Shown piece after piece: positions 1 through 13,675 of a stretch of 64,000 nucleotides of DNA; positions within the stretch are counted from its first letter, which is position 1, and each line of letters opens with the position of its first letter. Both the position numbers and the translations under genes were made by a program. The notes under the pieces were generated by a model that saw nothing but the letters and a program-made list of their open reading frames with translations, was not told the origin of the DNA and did no database searches. Origin of the DNA: Octopus sinensis (Eukaryota); assembly GCF_006345805.1 (NCBI RefSeq), contig NC_042997.1:83762001-83826000 (forward strand). The letters are read 5' to 3'.

Positions 1-61
1 ATATATATACACATATATATATTTACATATAGATGTGTATACACATACACACATATATGAA

Positions 62-350
62 AGTGTGTGGCTTATTGGTTAGGGTATTCAGTTCAAAATC
101 ACAAGGTCATGAATTCAGTTCCTGGCAACACATTGTGTTCTTGAGTAAGACACTTTATTTCACATTGTTCCAGTCCATTTAGCAGGCAAAACTGAGTTGT
201 ACCTGTATTTCAAAGGGCCAGCCTTGTCACACTTTAAGTCATACTGAATCTCCCAGAGAACTATGTTAAGGGTACACGTGTCTGTGGAATGCTCAGCCAA
301 ATGCATGTTAATTTCACAAGCAGACTGTTCCACTGATCAGATCAACTGAA
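62..350 (+). mobile_element. tRNA-derived SINE, shared-head group (tail type a)
   Basis: A/B-box-like head (TGGCTTATTGG...GAATTCAGTTCC) then conserved TTGTGTTCTTGAGTAAGACACTTTATTTCAC block; near-identical copy at 34551-34850 and tail fragment at 35126-35260. Confidence 0.8.
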
Positions 351-914
351 AAAATATATATGTATATATAAATATACACACATTGGCACTCCATTGGCTA
401 TGTGCTTGATTGGTACTTAATTTATTGACCCCAAAAGGAAAGAAGGTCAAAACGTAAAGATAGGTGAAACACCATAAACAATGCAGTAAACTGCAAATTT
501 TTGCAGGCATTATAAACTATTTGCTTTATAAAATGGGATCTCTGTGTATTTCTTGGTCACTTGTTCATTCTAAAGCCTTAAGATAAACAATATTCTAAGT
601 TTTTCCCTATTTTTCTATGATGAAGAGAGCATCAGGTTTACAAACTTTTTGAGTATCAACACAAAGCTGACCACATGCAAAAAGAAGTACTCACTTGGTT
701 CAGCCCAACAAATTTTAATGATGATCCTTGATGGTTATTGTTACTGCAGCATTGAGTCTAACAGAAAACTGAAATGGTAAACCAGTTGGCTTCAGAGATA
801 TTCTACAAAGGAAACAATAATGCAGTGAATTTTCCTAACATGAATGTGATACCAAGGAGACATGGAACATCATATTTCTGTCCATGAGTTTTGCTATTGC
901 AAAACTTTGGAGGA

Positions 915-1280
915 TCTAGGACGTGGTTTTGGAAAGATTTAACTATGTCTATTAGGTCTACCTACCATACAGATAACCTCATTGGCTTGTTCATGTATTT
1001 ATTCGTCTAAGAGAGATTTGAAGAAGATTTGAGGGAGTATTTCTGTCAAGTCTGTCTACTATCTAGTGACTCTCCCACTAGCTTATACATACATAAACAT
1101 ACATGAAACAGTAAGGTGTGATCTGAGGATAAATTGGATACAGTTTCTAGTATGTAATACTATCATGTAAGGGTAGCATACTTAGCTCATACAAACATAA
1201 AACAGCAGGGTGTAATCTGAGAGGAATTTGGCTGTTATTTCTATCAGGTCTGCATACTGCACATTTTCCTCATTGAGTCA
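915..1280 (+). repeat. Degenerate tandem array (~4 copies, ~95 bp) of a dispersed repeat segment
   Basis: Recurring GTGTGATTTGAGGGAGATTTGGCTGCTATTTCTAG-like motif at ~920, 1012, 1115, 1208; the same motif is dispersed at ~6555, 13065, 23550, 32380, 33836. Confidence 0.6.
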
Positions 1281-1355
1281 TACATGCACAAGATGAAGAA
1301 AATTGGCATGACACAATTAAGAGTCGCAAAAATGCTTTTAAATCTATATATAATA

Positions 1356-1731
1356 GGCACAGGATGACTGTGTGGTAAGAACTTTGCTTCTCAACCACAT
1401 GGTTTTGAGTTCAGCCCTACTATGTGGCATTTTGGGCAAGCATCTTCTACTACGGTCCTGGGTTGATCAAAGCCTTGTGAGTTGATTTGGTAGATGAAAA
1501 CTAAGAAGTGAGTGTGTGTGTGTGTGTGTTTGCTTCAACTCTTAATACTTGATAACTGATGTTGGTTTGTTTATGCATCCTTAACTTAGTGGTTCAGCAA
1601 AAGATACTGATAGAATAAAAAGTAGCTGACATTAAAAAAATAGATATTAGAGTCAATCTGTTCAACTAAATCCTTTCAAGACAGTGCTCCAGCATGGCCA
1701 CAGTCCAATGATAGAGACAGATAAAAGATAA
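1356..1731 (+). mobile_element. SINE family A (tRNA head, internal TG microsatellite)
   Basis: Colinear with the best copy at 59499-59904; ends GTGCTCCAGCATGGCCACAGTC...AAAAGATA. Confidence 0.85.
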
Positions 1732-2467
1732 TAACTGACACAGTTCAGACAAAATCTTTTCACTGGCAATGAAAAATGGCAAGGTAGGAGGGAACAGAGC
1801 TTCTTGAGGTGAAATACACTTCAAAAATACTACACTGCCCATCTGAAATCTCCTAATATAATACCGAGAGCATAGTATGTTTATGAATTTGTCCAGAATC
1901 ATGCCAGATGTAGAGGAGGAGAGAAAATAGTAATTCAGGGAAGGAGAAGTAGTGAGAGTAATAGCACTGATTGAGAGGGAATGAGAGAAAGTTATAGCAA
2001 GAGAAACGAAGGGGTGATAGATGAATAAGGAAGGAAAGGGTGAAAAAAAAAATCAGTGTTTCAACTCTGTGTGAGTATATGTGTGTATGTGTGTGCATGC
2101 ACAAGGGAAATATGTGAATGTTTGTATGTGTAATTATTGTGTACCTTATTTTGTACCTTATTTACATATAAAATATTACAATTAGCTGTCATTAGTGACA
2201 GCACATGGTCAGCTAGTTAAATATATTATAGAATAACTTAAGACACTCAAGCAGGTGGCTACGACAAACTGTTTATTTGAATGTGAATTTTCTTTAGTTT
2301 GTTTTAGCCATACACACTGATACTAGTTGGTGTATATAAATGAATGACTGACCCTTGGAATCCATATAAATACACATCATTAGGCAGAGACCAATATCAT
2401 AGGCATGCACATCAATATATTATATTAATGTGTGTAGTTGTAAGCATATATATCTAAAATCTTTTAA

Positions 2468-2688
2468 CCCTTTAGTATTTAAACTGGCCACATCTTGCCT
2501 GAATATTCTACCTTGTTTCATATTCAAACTGGTTAGATCTAGCACGTCACACCTACCCTACATTGTCATTCTAAGAATAAACAATCACATCATCAAAATC
2601 TCAAGGCTGCAAGATAATGCATGATTAATTCAAAATAATGGGAATAAATAAGAATTACATTTGACAGTGTAATATGAACACTAAAGGG
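2468..2688. mobile_element. TTAA-flanked MITE (piggyBac-like termini), family 1
   Basis: TTAA|CCCTTTAG ... CTAAAGGG|TTAA; related copies at ~32463-32666, ~41320-41536 (inverted), partial ~31140-31275. Confidence 0.75.
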
Positions 2689-3152
2689 TTAAACATGTCA
2701 CAGATTCACTAATAGGAAAAAGGAAATATCTTCATTTGAATAACACAAAGGAATTCTGTCTTGAAATGTATATGAAAGCAAGTCTGTATATTAGCGTGTG
2801 TAGCCGTAAACAAACATCTGTCAAATCTTTTTTTAACACTCATCAAATTAACTGTTATTTTTTTTTAAATACAAAAGAATGCTAAAACGGAAAATATATA
2901 TATTAACGCAAGTCAACATATTTTTGCAAGTAGATGTAAAAGTACATTTTTTTCAAATACTTTTTTTAATACTCCTTTAATTCTTCATTAAATTAATGAT
3001 ATGAATTCAGATGAAATCTTTTGACCAAAAATGAAAAACAACAATGGATTGATTTGAGTGAGAGTAAGTAGACAAAGGGAGAGGATTAGAAGACTAAATG
3101 TTTAAAAGTTTTGAATAAGATGGCAAAAATTTTTTAAAACTTGTAAACATAC

Positions 3153-3308
3153 TTGTCCCCGTCACTTAGCGGTTCGGCAAAAGAGACCGATAGAATAAGT
3201 ACTGGGCTTGCAAAAGAATAAGTCCCGGGGTCGATTTGCTCGACTAAAAGGCGGTGCTCCAGCATGGCCGCAGTCAAATGACTGAAACAAGTAAAAGAGT
3301 AAAGAGTA
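3153..3308 (+). mobile_element. SINE family A, 5'-truncated young copy
   Basis: 3' half only, CpGs retained (GCGGTTCGGC, CCCGGGGTCG), AAAGAGT tail. Confidence 0.85.
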
Positions 3309-3567
3309 TACATGTTGCTGCTTTATGCATCAAATAAATGTAATACAAATCTTTCCTATGAAATTGCAAATAACATTATTCATGATTTTCTTGATGTTTG
3401 TCTTGTGTCTGAATAAAACGAGAATACACACAGACAACAGACATTAATGTGTGTGTGCGCGCGCGCATATCTGTAAGAAAGTGTGTACTTATAAAGGAAT
3501 GTAATCTGTTTTTTATAAAAATAATATCAGAATATTTTAAACGATTTTTAGATAACTGTAAGCCTGT

Positions 3568-3925
3568 CTCCCACCACATGTTTTGGTCCAACAGATGGTC
3601 ATTCCAAACCACATGTGATAGTCCAGTAGAAGGAATCTGCTCTCTGCAACATGTGATGATCCAGTAGCAGCAGCTTGTGTTCCACCACATGTGGTAGTCC
3701 AACAGAAGGCTGTTTCCTCACTACATGTGGGGGTCCAACAGACAGCTGTTCTCTCACTACATGTGGTGGTCCAACAGAAGGCTGTTCTCTCACTACATGT
3801 GGTGGTGGTCCCCTAGTTGCTGCCTATTCTTCCATGTGATAACTGACAAACAGTGGCCTGCTTCCCACTACATATGATGGTCCAATAGGAATATTAGCGA
3901 TCTGTTCCCCACTACACATTGTGGT
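3568..3925. repeat. 36-bp minisatellite
   Basis: Unit CTACATGTGGTGGTCCAACAGAAGGCTGTTCTCTCA; best conserved 3685-3810, degenerate with indels at both ends. Confidence 0.85.
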
Positions 3926-3954
3926 TTAGTGCCATAACCAATTCCTAACTATAT

Positions 3955-4172
3955 CTCCTATCTTTCAGTTGTTTCAGTCACTGGACTGCAGCCATGCTGG
4001 GACAGTGGCTTGAAGGGGTTTGCCGAACAAATTGACCCCGCTACTTATATTTTTGGAATCTGGCACTTATTCTATCAATCCCCTTTTGCCAAACCACTAA
4101 GTTCCAGAGATGTAAACAAACTAACACTGGCTGTCAAGCAGTGAAGAGAGGAAAAACACATACAAAAGACAC
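3955..4172 (-). mobile_element. SINE family A, 3' half
   Basis: Reverse complement of family A tail; a matching 5' half lies at ~4795-4945. Confidence 0.75.
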
Positions 4173-4572
4173 GCAAATATATAATATTTAAATTATTTTT
4201 ATTATTATATATATTATTTATATTATATTTTATATATATATATATATGTGACTGCCACTTTCGGCCATTTATGGTCACTATCAGTATATATGTATACAAT
4301 TATGTGCACTGACTGCAGCATCAGAGCACTTTAGTTGTTATTTCTAGCTTTGTAGATGTTCTAACACCCTCTGTCATATTTAATGACAATTATAGTTTTC
4401 CTTTTTGGTGATACATTGCTAAACCACTGCCTAATTTGATTACACACACCATATTTAAACATGTATAGGGAACCCTTCTTTTGTCAAAAATTAGGTTACA
4501 GAAAATATGAGAGTTTCTTATACATGGATAGTGTGTTGCAATCTCTAACAAAATCTTTTCTCTAAATTTTAA

Positions 4573-4743
4573 CCCTTTTGTTACCATATTTCTGTTGAGA
4601 TGCACTTAGTTATCATTTAGCTGGTATTAGGGACATAAATTGTGACTAATATTTGGTGGAAGATTTTAATTCAGAACTTTTGAAAACAAGACATTTGTAC
4701 TACAGAGCCATAGGCTGTTTCAGCAGGGTTGGTATAAAAAGGG
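4573..4743. mobile_element. TTAA-flanked MITE, family 2
   Basis: TTAA|CCCTTTTGTTACC ... GGTATAAAAAGGG|TTAA; inverted relative at ~50187-50416. Confidence 0.65.
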
Positions 4744-5039
4744 TTAAACCCCAAAATTTAGGGTGTTCCTTATACACATTAAAATACAGTATATATGATT
4801 TCTTTCAATTTCTGTCTACTAAATCCAGTCATAAGGCTTTGGTCTGTTTGGGGATGTAGTAGGAAACACTTGCCCAAGATGTAATTCAGTGGGATTGAAC
4901 CTGGAACCATGTGGTTGAGAAGCAAACTTCTAACCACACAGTCATGTACTCAGAAGTTTTGTTTTTTGATGATTGATCAGTTTTTGTGTGAGTAAAACAG
5001 CCTGATGAAGATTATTGTTATAGTTACATGTATTATTTG

Positions 5040-5200
5040 TAGCAGCATTATTCTGCCAAGGTTGGCTTTGTTTATCACCCTTTCATGTGTGTGTGTGTGG
5101 GGGGGCATGATAAAATAGGTATCAGTTAGTTGTGCACAAGGGTCGATGTAATTAACTAGGCTCTTGGCCCAAAATTTCAGGCCTTGTTCCTATAATAGAA

Positions 5201-5276
<76 letters not shown>

Positions 5277-5809
5277 TGGCGAACTGGCAGAATCATTAGC
5301 ATGCCAGGTGAAATGCTATTTTGTCTGTCACTATGTTTCTGAGTTCAAATTCCGCCAAGGTCGGCTTTGCCTTTCATCCTTTCAGGGTCAATAAATTAAG
5401 TACCAGTCAGGTACTGGGGTCAATGTGATTGATTGTTCCCCTCTTCCACAAAAATCCAAGTCTTGTGCCTACAGTCGAAAGGATTGTTATTATTATCATT
5501 ATTATTATTAGTGAGGACACATGGCTTGGTGGTTAGGGTGTTACACTCATGATTGTGAAATTGTGGTCCCATTTCCTAGAATGAGTGATGTGTTGTGTCC
5601 TTGAGCAAAACATTTCATCTCACGTTGCTCTGCGATCACTTTTAACATCTGATATGTGGCGCACCGTGCATCTGTTCAGACAATGTTGATTTTGATGGAG
5701 AGAGTTAGCTAATATATGGTACATATATTTGATCACTATAAAGAAATCATTTGTGCAGGTTGTTCACAAAGCTGAACACTTATATGTTGTCTTTGACAGG
5801 AGAGTCCAA

Positions 5810-5847
<38 letters not shown>

Positions 5848-6360
5848 GGCACCAAGCTGGCAGAATTGTTAGCATGTCAGAGAAAATGCTCACTGGCATT
5901 TCCACTGGTTTTACATTCTGAATCCAAATTCTACCATAGCTGACTTTGCTTTTGGTCCTTCAGAGGATGATAAAATAAGCACCAGTTGAGCATGAGGTCA
6001 ATGTAATTGACTGGACCATTCCTCCAAAATTTCAGTCTTGAGCCTATAGCCGAAAGAATTATTATTATTATTATTATCATTATTATTTCTATTATTATTA
6101 TTATTATTATTATTATTATCATTATTATTAGTTGTATCCTTAAAGGTGGCAAGCTGACAAAATTGTTAGCATGATGGTCAAAATGCTTGGTGGCATTTTG
6201 TCCATATGTTCTGAGTTCAAATTCCACCAAAGTCGACTTCACCTTTCATCCTTTTGGAGTTAATAAAATAAGTTCCAGTTGAGCACTGGAGTTGATGTAA
6301 TCGACTTACCTCTGCCCTGAAATTGCTGGCCTTGTGCTAAAATTTGAAACCATTATTATT
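5040..6360 (+). mobile_element. Chain of SINE family B copies linked by (ATT)n, with one shared-head SINE (5515-5810)
   Basis: Family B (GGCGAGCTGGCAGAA...GAGTTCAAATTCCGCC...TTTCATCCTTTC...AAGTACCAG) at ~5055-5200 (partial), 5275-5490, 5847-6060, 6144-6355. Confidence 0.85.
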
Positions 6361-8620
6361 AATATTCTTTGTAACAGAGAATATTACTAATTCTCTTGGA
6401 TACTACTTCATTTTAATGTAACAGTAGCAAAAGTAGTTTAACTCCATCCTGTTCTTTTTTGTTTTGTGTTTTTTGTTTTGTAAACATAGTATTATATCTT
6501 GGATTACATGAACCAATGTGCTTAAATTTTTTTTTTTTTACTTTTTAAATAGGTTTGATTTGAGGGATATTTCTGTGCTATTTTTAATAGGATGAGAGGT
6601 CAGATACAGTTTCCTGTAAATGTTGCTGCAAAGGGTGATTTAGAGTGTGGGCGGGGGGGGGGCATTTTACAGGTTTATGTCTGAATGGGGAAAAATTTTA
6701 GAAGAATATAGCTATTTTCAAGTTTAACTGAGGCAAATGAATAGAATAGAGAGATTTCAAGTACATTATTATTATTATTACTATTATTATTATTGAACAA
6801 CCTAGCATCATTATCAACCACACACCCAGCAACAACAGAATATTTCATAACATAAATATATTGAATGACATCCCTTCTGTGAGGGACCAAGGAGAGAGGA
6901 AAAGAATGAGAGACAAACAAAAATGAAAGAAGACAACAGCAGTAACAACAATAACTAGAATGTTGACTATTTTCAATGTAGAGAGTAGAAATTTAGATAC
7001 TGGAAAGAAACATTTTGAAAGTATGTGTTCCAAGTATTGGATTCTATCCACCAAAGTTCCAAGCCAAGTGCAGCATCAAGCAAATCTCTTATGATAGTTA
7101 TGTTCATAATTTATGAGAGGAATTTTTCAAGTCATATACACACACTTGCATACACATATATTTCTACGTGTGCAAATATTTATAAATTGTATAGAAACGT
7201 GTGTGTGTGTGCAAGTGTATGTAAATACATACAAACACACATATATATATATAAATGTGTGTGTGTATGTAAATACACACATACACACACACATCCAGAA
7301 TATTTAGAATTTAGTTTCCTTCTTCCTCTCAAAACAAAAGAAAATAAGCAAAAAATAAATAAATAAAAAGAATGTAATTCTTGTTAAAAACAAAAATAAA
7401 TAGAATAAATGAAAATATTTTTTTCATATATATTCTATATTTTCTATAAAAAAAAAATTCATGACTTATATTTATTTTAGGTGAGAATAAGTGTGAAATG
7501 AAATCAGTATCTTAGTACCCTCATAGACTACTGTTTTGGTAAGAAAGACCCAAAGTAGATGTCAAATGCGGGGTGGGGGGAAGGAGTAGTGGTAAGTGAA
7601 GAAGGATGGCACATCAGTATGGTGTGGCATAAAAATACAAAAAAGGAAAAAAAAAGGTCCTGTGTTTGTGGTGGAAATAGATATTGCTCTTGCCTCTACA
7701 GGAATGAAGGAAAAGAACATCTTATGGGAGGAGGACTTGGCTGGGCTGCAGAGTAGTGGTAGGGGTGGTGATGATGGTGGTGGTGACAGTGGGCAGACGA
7801 AGGTCTCTGGGTGGGAAGCTGAAAGAAGGAAATAAGAAGTGAGAAAGCCGTGCAAGAGAGAGAGAGAGTAGTCCTGCTTTGTTTTTCTTTCTCTCCACCC
7901 TTCCTATGCTTCCTTCATGCTGGATCTTATATACAATGCAAGGATACCCATCTGCCACCCACCCAGTTAGAGAGAGAGAGAGAGCGAGGAGGGAGAGAGA
8001 GGGAGGAGCGAGAGAAAAAATTAGAGAGAGGGGTATAGGAGAAAGAGACACAGAGAGAATATAATCCCTGTTGGCAGTTAGCAAGGAAGAATTCAGTGAT
8101 ACCCTGCTGCCAAAATTGTTTTTCTAAGCTGGAAAAATTCAAGCCACAAATTTTCTTCAAGACAACATTAACAACAACAACAACAGAAAAAGAAAAAGAA
8201 AAGCAACAACACTAAGGATAGAAACAAAAACAAAACAAATAAACAAAAAGACTCCCACCACCAAAAAGAAAAAGTAAACTAAAGAAAAAAATAGTAAAAT
8301 CAAAACAAATAAATCTGTAAAAAAAACAGAAGAAAAAGGTAAAGAGAATGGAGGAGGAGGAGGAGAAGGAGGCGAAGGAGGAGGAAGAATAATAATAATA
8401 TTTGGCTAACGCTGTTAACTCATCAGTGTGTCAGTTGTGACACTTATCTGACAGATTTCCTTTCTGTCTGTCAGTAAGAGAAACACACCAGCAACACAGA
8501 AAAGGCGCAGGCGAGCTTTATTGCTGAGGAATGACAGAATGTGCGTGTGTGTGCGTGTGTGCATGGGTGAGTGTGTGTGTGTGTAAGTGCATCCCATATA
8601 TACATACACACAACACATAG

Positions 8621-8654
<34 letters not shown>

Positions 8655-9459
8655 AACATACACAAATATATACACATATGCACACAAATACTTTTATATG
8701 TATGGGTACATACATACGGATATACATGGATGGACATATATATATATATGCCTGTATATATAGATGAATGTATGTGCGTATGAAGAAATGGAAATATGTT
8801 CTAAATGGCAGGAGTAAATAGTCCAGTATGGCTGTGCTCCAATGACCGAAACCAGCAAGAGATTAAATGAAATATATGTTTTCACACCTGAATGTAACAG
8901 TAAAAATGAATAAAAAGATATTATAAGAAATCAGTTACACAAGGAATTTTGCTTTACACACACACACACACGCATGTATGAAATTGAACATATCCAATAC
9001 TTGGTTGTCCTACCTAACATGTTTCATCAAGCATCCTTGGTGCACACACACACATAATTACACACACACACACACACATAATTACACACACACACACACA
9101 CACACATACACACACAGAAATGTGTGTGTATGAATTTATATTTGTTTTTGATTGTTGGGTATGGAGGCATTGGGAAGTGTGTGCCCATGGTGAAATTCAC
9201 CTAGCTCTCTGACCCTGGTGAGATTGATTGCTACCCTTAATGTTCCATTGAAACAGTTGCAAGTTAACACCTGAATGGAAGAGACGAGAGGAGGTGGAAT
9301 TCCAGGGGGATTGATGGTATTGGGAGGAAGGACAGGCTGTAGTGGTTAGTGGTGAAAAGAAGAGAAACAAATGAGCTGAAAGTGCATGAGTGGAGAAGGT
9401 GCAAGACCAACAAACTTTAAAAAACTGAAGTTATTATATTTATCAGCATTATCATCATT

Positions 9460-9700
9460 GAAGGCAAATGGCTTCATGGATAGGGTGTTGAACTAATGAT
9501 CATAAGATTGTGGTTCCAATTCATGGACTGGAGAATGTGTTTTGTGTTCTTGAGTAAAACACTTCATTTCATGTTGTTCCAGGCTACTCAGCTGGCAAAA
9601 ATGAGTAATCCTGTGACAGACTGGCGTCCCATCCAGGAGGAAAAATGTATATGCCACAGAAAGTGGGGAACTGGTTCTAGGAGTCTGTAAGACTCAGGAA
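9460..9700 (+). mobile_element. Shared-head tRNA SINE with MetaSINE-like central/tail block
   Basis: tRNA-like head, TTGAGTAAAACACTT block, then CCTGTGACAGACTGGCGTCCCATCCAGG, resembling the Meta-domain consensus as I recall it. Confidence 0.6.
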
Positions 9701-10303
9701 GACTCATTATTTTTCTTATTTTATCATCATTATTATCCTTTAATGCTTGTTTTCCATGTTGACATGGGCTAATTGACTGGACAGGGTCCAATGAACTGCA
9801 CACTTGTGTCAAGCTCCTAATGTTGGCTTTGACATGATTTCTATGACTAGATGCCCGTTTTAATGACAACCACTTTACAATGTGTACAGTGTGTACTAGG
9901 TGCTTTTCATGTGGCACCAACACTAATGAGGTCACCAAGTATTGTGCAAGGCAGAATAAAGAAAGGATAGAGAGAAAAACCACCTCCCCACTTGACTGAG
10001 TGGGAGTGTATTTGTTTCTGTCATTTGACTGTGGCCATGCTGGAGCACCACCTTCAAGAGTTTTTAGTCAAATAAATTAACCCCAGGACTTTTAAAAAAA
10101 ATCTAATACTTATTCAATCAGGCTCTTTTGCCGAACCACTAAGTTATGGGGATGTAAACATATCAACACTAGCTGTCAAGTGGTGATGGGGGGGGGTATT
10201 GGGCAAGTGCAGGCACAAAAACACACACACACACACAGATAGATAGATAGATAGGCATGCAGGCAGGCAGGCACGCACACACACACACACATAATACATA
10301 TAT

Positions 10304-11097
10304 AATGACCACCTTGAGAACCCAGTTTCCACAAAGACTGTTTGCCAGGAGCTACACAAAGCCAGATTTCATGGGAGGGCTGCAATAAGAAAACCACTAC
10401 TTTCAAAAAAAAATGTTGCAAAGCATTTAGAGTGGAGTAAAAACCAACAAAATTACTTCCTAAAGCAGTGGAAGAATGTTATTTTCTTGGACGAGTTATC
10501 CTTTACCTTATTTCCAATCACCAGCCAAGTATACATGTGGAGACAGCCAAAAGAAGCATTTGACCCAGACTGCCTTCTTCCAACTGTTAAACATGGAGGA
10601 GGATCTGTGATGATCCAGGCTGGGGGGGGGGTTATATCTTGGAAATCCACTGGCCCAATGGTTTCCCTTCATGGCAGAATTAATAGTAAAGACTATTTAA
10701 GTATTTTCTCTAATCAAATTCATCCTATGGTTGCAGAACTGTTTCTGGAGAGAAACGCAATCTAAAGTTGTTACTGAATGGCATGAGGAACATTTGAGTG
10801 AAGTTGAATGTCTTATCTGGCCATCACAGTCCCCAGATCTCAATATTATTGAACATTTGTGGTACATTTTAGAAAAACAAATAAGGAGTTGATATCCTTC
10901 ATCATCTTCACTACAAGAACTGGAGACTGTTTTAGCTGAAGAATGGAGAAAAATTCCTTTGGAAACAATTCAAACTTTGTATGAGTTCATACCTCAAAGA
11001 ATTCAAGCTGTAATTAATGCCAAAAGTAGTTCTATCCGATATTAAAATAAATTTGTTTGAAATTATAAGGTGTTTCCATTATTTTGTTCAACCCCTG
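10304..11097 (+). pseudogene. 5'-truncated Tc1 transposon, decayed transposase plus 3' TIR
   Basis: Translates RKPLL..WKNVIFLDE..PTVKHGGGSVM..SPDLNIIEHLW; second catalytic D region deleted near 10762; stops present; ends CAACCCCTG|TA. Confidence 0.9.
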
Positions 11098-11881
11098 TAT
11101 CTCGCAATCATTTGCTTAAAACTATAGACAGACATGGAGCTAAGAATTCCAACCTGGAACTAAGCAGCAATGATTTAATTGAGTGCCCCCTTTAGCTCAC
11201 AGAAACATTTATCATCTATTGCCAATATTTCATGATATTGTTAAGAAGTTTGGTGTCATATTTATAACTGGAAATGAAACTGATGCAAATAAAAAAAATT
11301 TTTTTTTAAATCATAAGAAAACAGGGATTAAAAAAAGAAAAAGACCTGAACACAACAATTATAAAAATAAATAAATGTAAACGGTAAAATTGGATCTGCA
11401 TGAACGCATAATTATGACATCTACATATGAAGGGTTAAAATAGCAGTATATTATTTTTTAACCCATTGGCCTGATTATATTATTTATCTTGAAGGTGGAA
11501 ATTAATGGATTTTTGTAAAGCTGCTTTAGATTCTCTTATTATTCTTATTTCTTTGTGTTTGTTTATTTGTGTTGTAGTTGTTACAGTTTGTGTGAGTGTG
11601 TGTGTGTGTGTGATTTCTGATTTCAAAGACAGCATGCTTAAAAGAAAGGAATAATAAAGTGAAATAAATAAATAAATAAATAACTAGATGGAAAAAGATT
11701 ATCAGCAGCAGCACAGAGTTATTTTCTTTTCCTCTTTCTGCTTTTTTTCATTTGTTCTTGGAAATTTCTAACCATTTATCAACCAGATTCCTACAAAATT
11801 TTATGAATCAAGGTTATATTGCTGGAATATATTTAAAACTTGTCTCTAAAGTAGTAGTTATTATTATTATTATTATTATTG

Positions 11882-12070
11882 AGGTAGTGAGGTGGCAGAA
11901 TCATTAGCATGCTTAGCAGCATTTTGTCTGTCTTTACATTTGAGTTCAAATTCTGCCGAGGTCAACTTTGCCTTTCATCCTTTCAGGATTCATAAAATAA
12001 GTACCAGTTGAGTACTCGGGTCAATATAATTGACTATTCACCTCCCACAAAATTTCAGGCCTTGTACCTT
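11882..12070 (+). mobile_element. SINE family B
   Basis: Family B consensus following (ATT)n. Confidence 0.8.
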
Positions 12071-13094
12071 TATCATTAAGGAAACAGAAGGCAGAATCTG
12101 TAGAGCATCGAATAAAATGCCTTGTGGTATTTAGTTACAACACTTTATGTCTCTTTTCTTAATTTTATTTTTAATTCTGTTAAGGACTAACCTTCTTTTC
12201 CCCCCTTGAAATGCTTTGTAATATTTTGTTTCATCCCTTTGCATTCCGTGTTCAAACCCTGCTGAGGCCGACTTTACCTTTCATCTTCTTAGGGCTAATA
12301 AAATAAGTACTTCATCAAGTTCTGGGGTTGCTTCATTGGAATGCTTCTTCCTTCCATATTTATTGCTTCCTGTCTGTGCCAAGAAAGTCATAAATTCTAA
12401 CACTTATGTTTTCTTCTTCTCCTTCAACATTCTGTGTCAACTCTTAAGTCTTTTGTCTTTAGATTCATTTATAAGAAATGGAATTAACCAGATGGGTGTA
12501 CATTTCTTCAAAGGTGGGACACTGAAATCCCTCAGGTACCAGGGAAAATCTAGTATTTCATCTGGATAGGTTGGTGCTTTGTACTATTACAAAAAAAGAC
12601 TCTTGCACTAAGTTTGTACCACAGGTTATTATGCTACTAGTCTAATATAACATCCACTTAGTTACTTCCCTGTTAATAGGTGCCATGCAATGGAATGGAA
12701 CCTGGAACCATGTGTTTGGGAAGCAACTTCTTACCACACAGCCACCCCTGCAGTATTGATATAATACTGCTACTGTAGAAGGATACTGGATGTCTCAGTA
12801 AGAAAAAATTCCACCATCATATCAGTATTAGGACGTGTGTGTGTTGTTAGGGTTTATATGTGAAACCACCAATGTACTTTAATAATCTGAAGGAAAGTGA
12901 ATAGAGTCCAATATATCTTTAGTGGTTAGTTCCAGATCAGCCCTGATCAAGCAGACCTATGATCAGTGGCATTCCAGCAGTAATCATCCTGATAATTTTA
13001 AGCATAATGTCACTGTGTATCTAAGACTGCCTTAGTCACTGTATCCTTTCTTTTAAAAGACAGTCGATGTATTTTTTTAGCTGCTATTTTTAGC

Positions 13095-13470
13095 ACTTGG
13101 AGCATGAGAAAAATGTAGCAGGAATGACTAGAGAGATGCTATACTCACTTACTCTGATACACATCGAATATCGAATGACAACGGTGACCAATAAAGACCT
13201 CTACAGGGATCTTCCCCTGATATCAGAAGTGGGCAGAGTCAGGAGATTCCATTTTGTTTGCTGGGCACTGCTTCCAGGCCAAGAATGAGTGCATTAGGGA
13301 TGTGTTACTCTGGGGACCAATACATGACTACAGCAGCAGAGATTGATTAGCTACAACATATGTTGACAGACTAGTGATTGACAGTGGTCTATCAGATCCT
13401 GAGTTGAAGTCGGCAGTGGAGGACAAGGGACTAATGGAGGAACATCTGTGCAAATTGAGAAAACTCGATC
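13095..13470 (+). pseudogene. RTE-group LINE ORF C-terminal fragment
   Basis: TNKDLYRDLPLISE..RRFHF.AGHC..LLWGPIH..TTYVDRL..DSGL across frameshifts, typical RTE/RTEX C-terminus. Confidence 0.7.
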
Positions 13471-13675
13471 TAAAGAGAGGAATTACTACAAAGGCTCTCT
13501 ATCTGGATCATCTAATACATATACCATTATAGAATATACAGTAACTACATGCTATATGATAGAGGCATTGTATTGAACAGTGATCTAATTTGCTAATGGG
13601 ACATGTTTTGAGGGGGAAATAATTAAAAGTCATGTCAAATAAAAAAATATTTAGATAATATGGGACAATGATAAT

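Noticed and set aside
3568-3925. Regularly spaced 36-bp repeats as a CRISPR array
   Set aside because: Units are contiguous with no unique spacers; eukaryotic context and no cas genes.
7559-8160. Overlapping ORFs in GA/GGT-rich sequence
   Set aside because: Low-complexity translations (ER/LS repeats) with no splice or homology support.
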